Source of the DNA: Propionibacteriales bacterium
GTDB taxonomy: Bacteria; Actinomycetota; Actinomycetes; Propionibacteriales; Nocardioidaceae
Assembly (NCBI GenBank): GCA_038199935.1
Contig: JBBPYL010000121.1
Coordinates: forward strand, 22-64,021
Direction of reading: 5' to 3'
Length of the DNA: 64,000 nucleotides
Part shown: piece after piece, positions 1 to 12,014 of the stretch
How positions within the stretch are numbered: the stretch's first letter is position 1
Layout of the letters: each line of letters opens with the position of its first letter
Position numbers and translations under genes: made by a program
The notes under the pieces: generated by a model
What the model saw: the letters and a program-made list of their open reading frames with translations, nothing else
Databases searched by the model: none
Told to the model about the DNA's origin: nothing

Positions 1-105
1 ACAGCAGCAGCTCTGAAGCTGCCATATATATATATACCCCCCCCCCCCGCCGCGGCCCCCCCCCCCCGCCCCCCCCCCCCCCCCCCCCGACCCACCCCCC
101 CCCCA
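1..105. other. Low-complexity, probably artefactual contig-end sequence ((TA)n and poly-C)
   Basis: A TATATA run is followed by ~65 nt of almost pure C, unlike the rest of the window. Confidence 0.7.
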
Positions 106-118
106 CCAGGAGATCCGA

Positions 119-1153
119 ATTCCCATCGCTACCACCGAGATCTACCCGGAGATGCTGGACAAGGCCAAGCGCGATCAGTTCGCCTACCCCGCCATCAACG
201 TGAGCTCGTCCCAGACCCTGCACGCGGCCCTCAAGGGGTTCGCCGACGCGGGCAGCGACGGAATCATCCAGGTGTCCACCGGCGGTGCGGAGTACCTCTC
301 CGGCGCGAGCGTGAAGAACATGGTGGCCGGCTCCGTGGCGTTCGCCGGGTTCGCCGCCGAGGTGGCCAAGAACTACCCGGTCAACATCGCCCTGCACACC
401 GACCACTGCCCCCAGGACAAGCTCGACGGCTTCGTTCGGCCGCTCCTGGACATCTCTGCCGAGCGGGTCAAGGCCGGGCAGCTGCCGCTCTTCCAGTCGC
501 ACATGTGGGACGGCTCGGTCGTGCCCTTGGAGGAGAACCTCCAGATCGCCGAAGAGCTGCTGGCCAAGGCTGCTGCCGCGCACATCGTGCTGGAGATCGA
601 GGTCGGTGTGGTCGGCGGCGAGGAGGACGGCGTCGAGGGCGGCTCGGGCGACAAGCTCTACAGCACCGCCGAGGACGCCCTGGCCACCGTGGCCGCGCTG
701 GGCACCGGCGAGAAGGGGCGCTACCTGACCGCGCTGACCTTCGGCAATGTGCACGGCGTCTACAAGCCGGGCAACGTCAAGCTCCGCCCGGAGATCCTCG
801 AGCAGGCTCAGCAGGCCGTGGTCGCCGAGCTCGGCCTCGAGGCCGGCGCGAAGCCCTTCGACCTCGTCTTTCACGGCGGTTCGGGCTCGCTGGCCGAGGA
901 GATCGCGGCGGCGGTCAGCTACGGCGTGGTGAAGATGAACGTGGACACCGACACCCAGTACGCGTTCACCCGGCCGGTGGCCGACCACATGCTGTCCCAC
1001 TACGCCGGCGTGCTCAAGGTCGACGGCGAGGTCGGCAACAAGAAGCAGTACGACCCGCGGGCGTGGGGCAAGGCGGCCGAGGCGGGAATGGCCGAGCGCG
1101 TGGTCGAGGCCTGCCAGAACCTGAGCTCGGCGGGCACCTCGGTCACCGGCTGA
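119..1153 (+). CDS. fbaA: Class II fructose-bisphosphate aldolase
   Basis: Motifs YPAINVSS, HTDHC, SHMWDGS, TFGNVHG, VFHGGSG, KMNVDT, YDPR. The ORF track starts at 152, but the frame runs back to 119 (ATT CCC ATC GCT ACC, cf. the usual MPIAT) after the RBS CAGGAG at 107-112. Confidence 0.95.
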   Translation: MPIATTEIYPEMLDKAKRDQFAYPAINVSSSQTLHAALKGFADAGSDGIIQVSTGGAEYLSGASVKNMVAGSVAFAGFAAEVAKNYPVNIALHTDHCPQDKLDGFVRPLLDISAERVKAGQLPLFQSHMWDGSVVPLEENLQIAEELLAKAAAAHIVLEIEVGVVGGEEDGVEGGSGDKLYSTAEDALATVAALGTGEKGRYLTALTFGNVHGVYKPGNVKLRPEILEQAQQAVVAELGLEAGAKPFDLVFHGGSGSLAEEIAAAVSYGVVKMNVDTDTQYAFTRPVADHMLSHYAGVLKVDGEVGNKKQYDPRAWGKAAEAGMAERVVEACQNLSSAGTSVTG

Positions 1154-1174
1154 GCCGAGGGGCACACTGGGTCC

Positions 1175-1594
1175 ATGACATTCCAGGACCTGATGGCCGG
1201 ACCACCTCCCACGCTGCTGCCCGCCGACGCGGCGGCCGCGTCGCTCGAGGCGGGCACGCCGGCCGCCGAGGTGGTCCGGTCGCACCCCGAGTCGCCGCTG
1301 GCCTGGGCCCTGCTCGCCGAGGCGGCGCTCGGCGACGCCGGGGTCGACGACGTGACGGGCTACGCCTACGCGCGGGTCGGCTACCACCGCAGCCTGGACC
1401 AGCTCCGGCGCAACGGCTGGAAGGGTCATGGGCCGGTGCCCTGGGAGCACGTGCCCAACCGCGGCTTCCTGCGCGCGCTGGCCGCCTTGGCCCAGGCCGC
1501 CGAACGGATCGGCGAGGCCCCGGAGGCGGAGCGCTGCTCGGACTTCCTGCGAGACTCCAGCCCCGAGGCGTACGACGTCCTGCTGGCCCGCTGA
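1175..1594 (+). CDS. DUF3151 family protein
   Basis: AYARVGYHRSLDQLRRNGWKGHGPVPWEH-PNRGFLR; usual neighbour of actinobacterial fbaA. Confidence 0.9.
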   Translation: MTFQDLMAGPPPTLLPADAAAASLEAGTPAAEVVRSHPESPLAWALLAEAALGDAGVDDVTGYAYARVGYHRSLDQLRRNGWKGHGPVPWEHVPNRGFLRALAALAQAAERIGEAPEAERCSDFLRDSSPEAYDVLLAR

Positions 1595-1617
1595 GGCCAG
1601 CTGAGGCCAGCGAGCAC

Positions 1618-1709
1618 GGGACGCCGGAATCGTCCCCTGCAGCGATTCCGACGTCCCGGGAGGGCCGACCGGGGTGCGTGCATGTCCCCCGACTGCACCC
1701 CGTCGGCCC
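1618..1709. terminator. Two tandem GC-rich hairpins after the fbaA-DUF3151 operon
   Basis: GGGACG-C-CGGAATCG...CGATTCCG-A-CGTCCC (1618-1657) and GGGCCGAC-C-GGGGTGC...GCACCCC-GTCGGCCC (1662-1709). Confidence 0.55.
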
Positions 1710-1779
1710 TGTGAGAACTGTCCCAGGCGAGCCGGAGCCGTGACTGTCCGAAGTGGGCCAGTGGCACTAAACTGACAGC

Positions 1780-2763
1780 GTGGACGCTTCCTCATCGCGG
1801 ACGCGACCGGCCAGCGCCGGCGACCGGGCCGCCTACCGCACCCTGCTGCGATGCCACGGGGCCACCGTTCCGATCGAGGACCTCGCCGGCCTATGGGGCC
1901 TGACCCGCGCCGGGGCGCTCAGCACGCTGAGCCGGCTGGTCGCGCACGGGCTGGCCACCACGGAGCGGGACGCGGCGCACGCCGTGGCTCCAGCCCCCCT
2001 GGTCGAGCAGTGGTCAGCCGAGCAGGACGCACTGCTGTCCGCGGCCCGCGAGCAGCTGGCGGCCGTGCGGGCCCTGCTGCCCGCGGTCAGTGAGCCCAGT
2101 GCCCGGGATCGGGCCCGGGACCGGGCCTCGAGTGGATTCGAGACGGTCCGGGTGGCGGAGGTGGCCCCCGTGCTACGCCGGCTCTGCGAGGAGCACGAGG
2201 GTGACCTGTGGTGGCTCCGACCGGACCAGTGGCGTCAGCCCGACCGTGCCGCCACCGACGACTGGGTCGAGCCGCTGCTGCGGCAGGGGCGCACGCTGCG
2301 CGCGATCTACCCCGCGCGGATCCTCGAGGAGGGGCATGCCGCCCTGGTGCGACGCGTCTGGCTGGGAGAGCAGGCGCGGGTGATCGCCGAGCTCCCGGGG
2401 CGGCTGCTGGTGGTCGGGGACTCGGTGGCCATCATCCCTCGCAGCTTCGACCTCAGCGACGGGCTGGCCCTGGTCGTCGAACAGCCGGCTCTGGTCACCT
2501 CTCTGCGCCTGCTGGCCGAGAGCCTGTGGGAGCGCGCCCTGGTCGTGCCCGGTCTGGAGCGCGGGACCGAGACGGGGCACGCCGGGAGCCGACGACTGCT
2601 GCTCGACCAGCTGGCGCGCGGCGTCAAGGACGAGCAGATCGCCCGCGCGCTGGGTCAGAGCGTGCGGACCGTACGACGCCGGGTCGCGTCGCTGCTCGAG
2701 GAGCTGGACACCACCTCGCGCTTCCAGGCCGGGGTCGAGGCCGTCCGCCGCGGCTGGCTCTGA
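1780..2763 (+). CDS. Transcriptional regulator, TrmB-like N-terminus plus C-terminal LuxR-type HTH
   Basis: C-terminal LARGVKDEQIARALGQSVRTVRRRVASLLEEL...SRFQAG; TAAACT -10 box 6 nt before the GTG. Confidence 0.85.
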   Translation: MDASSSRTRPASAGDRAAYRTLLRCHGATVPIEDLAGLWGLTRAGALSTLSRLVAHGLATTERDAAHAVAPAPLVEQWSAEQDALLSAAREQLAAVRALLPAVSEPSARDRARDRASSGFETVRVAEVAPVLRRLCEEHEGDLWWLRPDQWRQPDRAATDDWVEPLLRQGRTLRAIYPARILEEGHAALVRRVWLGEQARVIAELPGRLLVVGDSVAIIPRSFDLSDGLALVVEQPALVTSLRLLAESLWERALVVPGLERGTETGHAGSRRLLLDQLARGVKDEQIARALGQSVRTVRRRVASLLEELDTTSRFQAGVEAVRRGWL

Positions 2764-2770
2764 CCCGGCC

Positions 2771-3664
2771 TCAGTCGTTGCGCTCGGGGAGCGGCATGGA
2801 GAACGCGCCGGGCTCGAGGCGCCAGGTCCGGTGCCGCTCGGGACCGTAGCCCTCTCCGTCGGAGCTGGTGTAGAAGGGCTGGCCGGAGATGGTCACCGTG
2901 GTCCCCCGCAGGTAGCAGACGTCGTCGCGCTCGTCGTGCCGGCCGGTCCGCAGCTTGGCCACGTAGCCGAAGCGGGACAGCGGACCCACCGCGAAGGAGA
3001 TCATCACGTCCATCTTCCCGTCGCCGGTCCGCGCGTGCGGGGTGAGCTCGGTGCCGCCGCCCACGGTCGACCCGTTGCCGATGGAGATCTGGGCGACGTG
3101 CCGGTCCATGTCGGCGACGACCTCGCCGTCGACCTCGACCCGGAAGCGGAAGAACGGCGGCCGGACGGAGGCGGTGATCGCGCCCATGAGGTAGCCGGCC
3201 CGACCGATGAAGGGCTTCCAGGTGTGCGCGTTGTGGCTCGCCTGGGCCCCCACCCCCACGTGGATGTTGTTGACCACGACCTCACCGACGTGGTCGACGA
3301 TCAGGTCCACTGGGCGGACCGTCCCGGTGGCAGCGACCTCGGCCGCCTCGGCCGGGTCCAAGGGGAGCCCCACCCCGCGCGCGAAGTCGTTGCCGGTGCC
3401 CAGGGGCAGCAGGGCCAGCACGGTGCCGGCGAGCTCGTGACGCCGGTACAGCGCGGTGATCACCGCGTGCAGGCTGCCGTCGCCGCCGGCGATCACGATC
3501 CGCCGGCCGTCGCTGCGGGCAAGGACGCCGTCGAGCTCCGCGGCGTCCTGGGTCTTGGCCACCTCCGCCTCGCCGTGCCGGCGTAGGACCCCTAGGGCGG
3601 CGTCGAGCCGCTCGGCCTCGTTGCTACCGGCCGAGGAGTTGGCGATCACGAGTACGGGGTCCAC
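2771..3664 (-). CDS. Diacylglycerol/lipid kinase family protein (YegS/DgkB-like)
   Basis: IANSSAG, AGGDGS, LPLGTGNDFARG motifs. Confidence 0.9.
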   Translation of the reverse strand: MDPVLVIANSSAGSNEAERLDAALGVLRRHGEAEVAKTQDAAELDGVLARSDGRRIVIAGGDGSLHAVITALYRRHELAGTVLALLPLGTGNDFARGVGLPLDPAEAAEVAATGTVRPVDLIVDHVGEVVVNNIHVGVGAQASHNAHTWKPFIGRAGYLMGAITASVRPPFFRFRVEVDGEVVADMDRHVAQISIGNGSTVGGGTELTPHARTGDGKMDVMISFAVGPLSRFGYVAKLRTGRHDERDDVCYLRGTTVTISGQPFYTSSDGEGYGPERHRTWRLEPGAFSMPLPERND

Positions 3665-3740
3665 GCGCCGAGGCTACCGGCCGGAGGCATCTCACGCCGA
3701 GGCCCGCCCCCGTCGCGACGGCGGCGCCCGTCCCGGATTC

Positions 3741-6401
<2,661 letters not shown>

Positions 6402-6404
6402 GCC

Positions 6405-7832
6405 ATGACCTCGAGCGTCGTCCCCAACGTCCTGGCCACCCGCTACGCCGCCGCCGACCTGGCCCTCATCTGGTCGCCCGAGCACAAGGTGGTGCTGGAG
6501 CGGAGGCTCTGGCTCGCGGTGCTCGCCGCCCAGCGCGACCTCGGGGTCGATGTCCCGGCGGGGGTGGTCGAGGACTACGAGGCCGTGGTCGACCAGGTCG
6601 ACCTGGCCTCCATCGCCGCCCGGGAGCGAGTCACCCGTCACGACGTGAAGGCGCGCATCGAGGAGTTCGGCGCCCTGGCCGGTCACGAGCACATCCACAA
6701 GGGGATGACCTCGCGCGACCTGACCGAGAACGTCGAGCAGCTCCAGATCCGCTCCTCGCTCCTGTTGGTCCGCGACCGGATGGTGGCCTCACTGGCCCGA
6801 CTGGCGCGGCTGGCCGCCGAGCACGCGGCGCTGGTGATGGCCGGGCGCTCGCACAACGTGCCGGCCCAGGCGACGACGCTGGGCAAGCGGTTCGCCAGCG
6901 CGGCCGAGGAGATGCTGGTCGGCCTCGAGCGGCTCGAGGACCTGATCACGCGCTACCCGGTGCGGGGCATCAAGGGGCCGGTCGGCACCTCCCAGGACAT
7001 GCTCGACCTGCTCGACGGCGACCCCACCACCCTGGCCGAGCTCGAGCAGCGCGTGGCGAGGTACCTCGGCTTCGACCGGAGCCTGACCTCGGTGGGCCAG
7101 GTCTATCCGCGCTCGCTGGACTTCGACGTGGTCTCGGCGCTGGTCCAGGTCGTCGCCGGGCCCTCGAGCCTGGCCACCTCGATCCGGCTGATGGCCGGCG
7201 CCGAGCTGGTGACGGAGGGTTTCAAGGCGGGTCAGGTCGGCTCCTCGGCGATGCCACACAAGATGAACACCCGCTCCGCCGAGCGGGTCAACGGCCTCGC
7301 GGTCGTGCTGCGCGGCTACCTCTCGATGGTCAGCGAGCTCGGCGGCGACCAGTGGAACGAGGGGGACGTGTCCTGCTCGGTGGTGCGCCGGGTGGCCCTG
7401 CCGGACGCGTTCTTCGCCACCGACGGCCTGTTCCAGACCTTCCTGACCGTGCTCGACGAGTTCGGGGCCTTCCCCGCCGTGGTGCAGCGTGAGCTGGACC
7501 GCTACCTGCCCTTCCTGGCCACGACCAAGGTGTTGATGGCGGCGGTGCGCAACGGGGTCGGCCGGGAGGCCGCGCACGAGGCCATCAAGGAGGCGGCGGT
7601 GCAGGTCGCGCTGGACATGCGGGCCGGCCTCGACGTGAACGACCTCTTCGAGCGGCTGGCCGCCGACGAGCGGCTGGGTCTCACCGAGGCGCAGCTCGCC
7701 TCCCTGGTCGCCGAGCCGCTCGCCTTCACCGGCGCCGCGCAGGACCAGGTGCGGATGGTGGTGAGCCGGATCGAGGAGGTCCTCACGCGCTATCCGGACG
7801 CGGTGGCGTACACCCCCGGCGACATCCTCTGA
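6405..7832 (+). CDS. purB: Adenylosuccinate lyase
   Basis: TRHDV, HKGMTSRD, GRSH, GSSAMPHKMN signature. Confidence 0.97.
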   Translation: MTSSVVPNVLATRYAAADLALIWSPEHKVVLERRLWLAVLAAQRDLGVDVPAGVVEDYEAVVDQVDLASIAARERVTRHDVKARIEEFGALAGHEHIHKGMTSRDLTENVEQLQIRSSLLLVRDRMVASLARLARLAAEHAALVMAGRSHNVPAQATTLGKRFASAAEEMLVGLERLEDLITRYPVRGIKGPVGTSQDMLDLLDGDPTTLAELEQRVARYLGFDRSLTSVGQVYPRSLDFDVVSALVQVVAGPSSLATSIRLMAGAELVTEGFKAGQVGSSAMPHKMNTRSAERVNGLAVVLRGYLSMVSELGGDQWNEGDVSCSVVRRVALPDAFFATDGLFQTFLTVLDEFGAFPAVVQRELDRYLPFLATTKVLMAAVRNGVGREAAHEAIKEAAVQVALDMRAGLDVNDLFERLAADERLGLTEAQLASLVAEPLAFTGAAQDQVRMVVSRIEEVLTRYPDAVAYTPGDIL

Positions 7833-7837
7833 GATGT

Positions 7838-7900
7838 CCGCCGAGCCGGCGCGTGCGCACGTCCACAACCCGCCGAGTCGGCGCGAGTGCACGCGCGTCG
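7838..7900. repeat. REP-like palindromic cluster (CGCCGAG(T/C)CGGCGCG with GTGCAC-like spacers)
   Basis: CGCCGAGCCGGCGCG and CGCCGAGTCGGCGCG here; reverse-complement copies at ~10981-11040. Confidence 0.65.
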
Positions 7901-7925
7901 CAGGCCTGTGGGAGAGTCCGGACGC

Positions 7926-8210
7926 ATGGCGGGCGATGAGCAGCACCTGGCGGTCGGGATGCAGGTCCACGGTGTTGTGCAGGGGGTCGGCTTCCGCTAC
8001 CACGCCCGACGGGAGGCGGAGCGGCTCGGCGTCTCCGGCTGGGTGCGCAACGACCCCGACGGCACGGTTGTGGGGCATCTGGAGGGGCCGTCCTCCTCGG
8101 TGCGCGCGCTCGTCGCGTGGTGCCGGGGCGGGCCGGAGCATGCGCAGGTCGACAGGGTGGACACGCGTGAGGCCGAGGTCTCCGGAGCGACGGGCTTCGA
8201 CGTCGCCTGA
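7926..8210 (+). CDS. acyP: Acylphosphatase
   Basis: GVVQGVGFR, GWVRN-DGTV, WCRGGP motifs. Confidence 0.92.
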   Translation: MAGDEQHLAVGMQVHGVVQGVGFRYHARREAERLGVSGWVRNDPDGTVVGHLEGPSSSVRALVAWCRGGPEHAQVDRVDTREAEVSGATGFDVA

Positions 8211-8260
8211 GATGTCCACCGAGCCGGATTGCCTCGGCGTACGCCGGTAGCGTGACGCCG

Positions 8261-8731
8261 ATGAGCGAGCCGGTCACCCTCCCCGAGGGAAACCCCGACG
8301 AGCGGGAGCTGCTCCTGGGCTGGCTCGGCTACCTGCGGGGTGCGGTGCTGCGCAACCTGGACGGTCTCACCGACGCGCAGGGCCGGTGGAGACCCGACGG
8401 GGCCCTGATCCCGCTGGTCGGCGTAGCCAACCACCTGACGCACGTGGAGTGGCGGTGGATCGACGGGGGCATGCTCGGTCGGGCGACCCGTCGTGACGAG
8501 GCGGAGTTCACCCCCTCCGGGCTCTCGGTCCACCAGGCCGTGGAGGCGTACCGGCAGCGCGCGCGAGCCACCGACGACGTCGTCCGACGCCTCCCCCTCT
8601 CGACCGCGTGCGCGACCGAGTCGGGCACGGACCTGCGCTGGGTGCTGCTGCACCTGGTCAACGAGACCGCGCGGCACGCGGGGCACGCCGACGCCGTCCG
8701 CGAGCTCCTGGACGGGACGACGGGCGAGTAG
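8261..8731 (+). CDS. DinB/DUF664 family (mycothiol transferase-like) protein
   Basis: NHL-HVE--W and LRWVLLHLVNETARHAGHAD-RE-LDG; TAGCGT 7 nt before the ATG. Confidence 0.85.
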   Translation: MSEPVTLPEGNPDERELLLGWLGYLRGAVLRNLDGLTDAQGRWRPDGALIPLVGVANHLTHVEWRWIDGGMLGRATRRDEAEFTPSGLSVHQAVEAYRQRARATDDVVRRLPLSTACATESGTDLRWVLLHLVNETARHAGHADAVRELLDGTTGE

Positions 8732-8752
8732 CCCGTCCAGCGTCAGCCCCAG

Positions 8753-8796
8753 CCCAGAGCCGGCCCAGAGCCGGCCCAGAGCCGGCACTGAGCCGG
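8753..8796. repeat. 11-bp tandem repeat CCCAGAGCCGG, 3 exact copies and 1 degenerate
   Basis: Read directly in the convergent intergenic gap. Confidence 0.8.
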
Positions 8797-8814
8797 CGCC
8801 CCGCCGGTCCGCCG

Positions 8815-10293
8815 TCAGCGTCGGGGAGGCGCGAGGTCGCGGTCCGCGTCGAAGCGCAGGTCCCGCAGCGCGAGGCCCAGCGCCGCGACGATCAGCACGA
8901 TCGCGACCAGCAGCGCCGCTCGCAGGCCCGTCCCGGCGTCCCCGGTCTGGGAGGCGGCCACCTGGTAGGTGGTCATCAGCAGGGCTGCGCCGAGGGCGGA
9001 GCCGATGCGCTGCCCGGTCTGGAGCGCGCCGCCCGCAGCGCCGCCCATCCGGGGAGGCACGTCGGCCAGGGTGAGCGTGAAGTTGGGCGAGATCACGCCG
9101 CCGCCACCCATCCCGGCCAGAAGCAGGGGCAGCACGAGCAGCGGCCACAGCCCGGCCGTGGCGTGGCCCGGAACCGCGGCGGCGACTACCGAGAGCCCGA
9201 GGATCACCACGACGAGAGCGAGCACGGTCACCCGTCGGCCGATCCGGGAGACCCATCGACCGGCCACCGTGGCGGTGAGCGCGGAGCCGAGGGCGAAGGG
9301 GGTCAGCATCAGTCCCGTCATGAGGGCCGAGAGGCCCAGCGACTCCTGGAGGTGGACCGACAGGACCAGGAAGACGCCGGTGAAGCCGGTGAAGTAGAGC
9401 GTGCCCAGAGCGATCCCGGAGGCGTACCCGGGCGTCTGGGAGAGCAGGGCTACGTCGAGCAGCGGAGCCCCACCGCGGGCGACCACGCGGCGCTCCCAGC
9501 GGGCGAAGCCGACGATCAGCACCGGGGCGAGCAGGACGACGGCGAGCAAGGGCGAGAGCCCGCTGATGGCCTGGACGAGCGGAAGCAGCACGCACAGCAC
9601 GGCGCCTCCCAGCAGCGCTGCACCCACCAGGTCGAGGTGGGGGTCGCCGTCGTCCTCGCTGGGCACCCTCGTCGGGACCAGCCGGGCGACGAAGACGAGG
9701 GCGACGAGGCCGATGGGCACGTTGACCAGGAAGATCGCCCGCCACCCGAGGTCCGTACCGAGCGCGGCGATGATCAGCCCGCCCGCGATCGGACCGGCCG
9801 CGGCCGAGACGGACACGGTCAGCCCGAAGTAGCCGAAGGCCCGGCCGCGCTCGGCGCCGGTGAACAGCTGCTGGATGAGCCCGGAGTTCTGCGGGGTGAG
9901 CAGCCCGGCGGCGACCCCCTGGACGAGTCGGGCGGCGATCACGGTGCCCTCGTTGGGGGACAGACCGACCGCTGCGCTGGCGATCACGAAGCCGACCAGG
10001 CCGATGACCATCATCCGCCGACGGCCGTAGGCGTCGCCGAGCCGCCCTCCCGCGACCAGGGTCAGTCCGAAGGTCAGCGCGTAGCCGGAGACGACCCACT
10101 GCACCCCGGCCGAGGAGGCGCCCAGACCCGAGCGGATGGAGGGCAGGGCCACGTTGACGATCGTCACGTCGAGAAGGGCCATGAAGCCGATGACGAGGGT
10201 GACGGTGAGGATGCGCCACCGTCGAGGGTCCGGCTCGGTGGACTCAGGAGGTGAGGCGGGTCGTACGTCGGTCACGGCGCAAGCCTGCCCCAC
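8815..10293 (-). CDS. MFS drug:H+ antiporter-2 (14-TM, EmrB/QacA-like)
   Basis: LDVTIVNVALPSI, GRLGDAYGRR, WRAIFLVNVPIG; the true start may be the GTG at 10275. Confidence 0.9.
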   Translation of the reverse strand: MGQACAVTDVRPASPPESTEPDPRRWRILTVTLVIGFMALLDVTIVNVALPSIRSGLGASSAGVQWVVSGYALTFGLTLVAGGRLGDAYGRRRMMVIGLVGFVIASAAVGLSPNEGTVIAARLVQGVAAGLLTPQNSGLIQQLFTGAERGRAFGYFGLTVSVSAAAGPIAGGLIIAALGTDLGWRAIFLVNVPIGLVALVFVARLVPTRVPSEDDGDPHLDLVGAALLGGAVLCVLLPLVQAISGLSPLLAVVLLAPVLIVGFARWERRVVARGGAPLLDVALLSQTPGYASGIALGTLYFTGFTGVFLVLSVHLQESLGLSALMTGLMLTPFALGSALTATVAGRWVSRIGRRVTVLALVVVILGLSVVAAAVPGHATAGLWPLLVLPLLLAGMGGGGVISPNFTLTLADVPPRMGGAAGGALQTGQRIGSALGAALLMTTYQVAASQTGDAGTGLRAALLVAIVLIVAALGLALRDLRFDADRDLAPPRR

Positions 10294-10338
10294 CGGCCAA
10301 AGGCGGGCGCGATCGGACCGTGCCGGCCCAGGAGTGGC

Positions 10339-10956
10339 TCACAGCAGGCACTCGCCGTCGTGCAGGGCCAGCCGCTCGGCGACGTACCGCAGGTCGGCAC
10401 GCCACACCTCCTCCGGTGGGGGAGGGAGCATCTCGTTCCACTCGACCACCATCGATCCCAGCAGGTTCGGCAGTCGGGCGTAGCGCGCGATGAACCACAG
10501 GTGCAGGTGGGCGCCGCCGTCGCCCCACTTGGTCACGTGCACGCGTCCGATGTGCGGCATCCGGGCCATGATCCGGTGCAGCCAGACGCTGATGACGCCG
10601 TACTCGCGGGCCAGCTCGTCGTCGAGCTCGTCGAGGTCGAGGTGCTCGCGGGGGTGCAGGAACAGGATCAGCGGGAGGCCGGTGGGGGCCGCCGTCGAGG
10701 TGACCACCCAGCGTTCGTTGCGCCACAGGGCGTGCGGCGGGTCGCCGTCGGCGCCGGCGCACGGCGTGGCGGGCGACTCGCCCCGGCGCGGCTCCTCGGC
10801 CTCGAGCGGCGGCCGGACGACCTTGGGTGCCCAGGTCCCGTCGACCTCCTCCCACGGGAAGATGTCCCAGGTAGCGACCGGCGGCATCGGGAGCCGACCG
10901 TCGACCCCGACCTGGTCGACGACGAGGGCGTAGATCTCCTCAGGCGACAACGGCAT
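10339..10956 (-). CDS. Hypothetical HIT-like protein
   Basis: L-PREH and RVHV-KWGDGGAHLHLWF (degenerate histidine triad); start ATG at 10956. Confidence 0.65.
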   Translation of the reverse strand: MPLSPEEIYALVVDQVGVDGRLPMPPVATWDIFPWEEVDGTWAPKVVRPPLEAEEPRRGESPATPCAGADGDPPHALWRNERWVVTSTAAPTGLPLILFLHPREHLDLDELDDELAREYGVISVWLHRIMARMPHIGRVHVTKWGDGGAHLHLWFIARYARLPNLLGSMVVEWNEMLPPPPEEVWRADLRYVAERLALHDGECLL

Positions 10957-10980
10957 GGGCCCACTCTGGCAGGGCCCTGG

Positions 10981-11040
10981 CGTGCACAGGCGCCGACTCG
11001 GCGGGCTTTCGGCGTGCACACGCGCCGACTCGGCGGGGTG
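10981..11040. repeat. REP-like palindromic pair (GTGCACA..CGCCGACTCGGCGGG x2)
   Basis: Two near-identical units, same family as 7838-7900 in the opposite orientation. Confidence 0.7.
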
Positions 11041-11072
11041 TGGCGGGGTCGAGGGCTCGTAGACTCGCGCCC

Positions 11073-11963
11073 GTGGCCCCTCACCCGATCTCGCTGCCGC
11101 CCGCTCCCGACGTACCGGGCGCCGAGCACCTCCACTCCGGCAAGGTCCGCGACCTCTACCGGCTCGACGACGGCCGCCTGCTGATGGTGGCCAGCGACCG
11201 CGTCTCGGCCTACGATTTCGTGCTGGAGACCCCCATCCCGGGCAAGGGCGAGATCCTCACCCGGATGTCCACCTGGTGGTTCGCCCAGCTGGCCGACCTG
11301 GTGCCGAACCACCTGGTCTCCCTCGACGTGCCGACCGAGGTCGTAGGTCGGGCCGTGGTTTGCGAGGACCTGGCCATGTTTCCGGTCGAGTGCGTCGTCC
11401 GGGGCTACCTCACCGGCTCCGGTGTGGCCGACTACCGGGCCTCGGGGTCGGTCTGCGGACTGGCCCTGCCCGCCGGCCTGGAGGACGGCAGCCGGCTGCC
11501 CGAGCCCGTGTTCACCCCGGCCACGAAGGCCGCCCTCGGCGAGCACGACGAGAACGTCTCCTACGACGCTGTGGCCGGTGTCGTCGGGGAGGAGACCGCC
11601 GCGCGCCTGCGGTCTGTGACCCTGGCCGTCTACGCGCGGGCCGAGGAGATCGCCCGGGAGCGCGGGATCATCCTGGCCGACTCCAAGCTCGAGTTCGGGG
11701 CCCGCGAGGACGGCACCCTGGTGCTCGCCGACGAGGTGCTCACCCCGGACTCCTCCCGGTTCTGGCCGCATGAGGGCTGGGCTCCCGGACGAGTCCAGCC
11801 GTCGTACGACAAGCAGATCGTCCGGGACTGGCTCACCTCACCGGCCAGCGGCTGGGACCGTTTCTCCGGCGCGCCGCCGCCGCCGCTACCCCCGGACGTC
11901 GTGGAGCGCACCCGCAGCCGCTACATCGAGGCCTACACCCTCCTCACGGGCGAGACGTACTGA
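11073..11963 (+). CDS. purC: SAICAR synthetase
   Basis: SGKVRDLY, SDRVSAYD, PVECVVRGYLTGSG, FTPATKA, ADSKLEFG, DEVLTPDSSRFW; TAGACT 7 nt upstream. Confidence 0.97.
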   Translation: MAPHPISLPPAPDVPGAEHLHSGKVRDLYRLDDGRLLMVASDRVSAYDFVLETPIPGKGEILTRMSTWWFAQLADLVPNHLVSLDVPTEVVGRAVVCEDLAMFPVECVVRGYLTGSGVADYRASGSVCGLALPAGLEDGSRLPEPVFTPATKAALGEHDENVSYDAVAGVVGEETAARLRSVTLAVYARAEEIARERGIILADSKLEFGAREDGTLVLADEVLTPDSSRFWPHEGWAPGRVQPSYDKQIVRDWLTSPASGWDRFSGAPPPPLPPDVVERTRSRYIEAYTLLTGETY

Positions 11964-12014
11964 GAGCGCGGTACCTTCGGAGACGTCGATCACATCTCGT
12001 CCCGAGGAGAAGCC

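Larger units (their letters stand above)
7829..8227 (+). repeat. 21-bp direct repeat CTGAGATGTCC(G/A)CCGAGCCGG flanking the acylphosphatase gene
   Basis: Copies at 7829-7849 and 8207-8227 with one mismatch; each includes the TGA stop of the preceding gene. Confidence 0.8.

Noticed and set aside
1-151. Poly-C/(TA)n tract and apparent ATT start codon for fbaA
   Set aside because: It is at the window edge and adjacent codons also deviate from the usual MPIATPE-YAEM, so low-quality sequence is more likely than a real non-canonical start.
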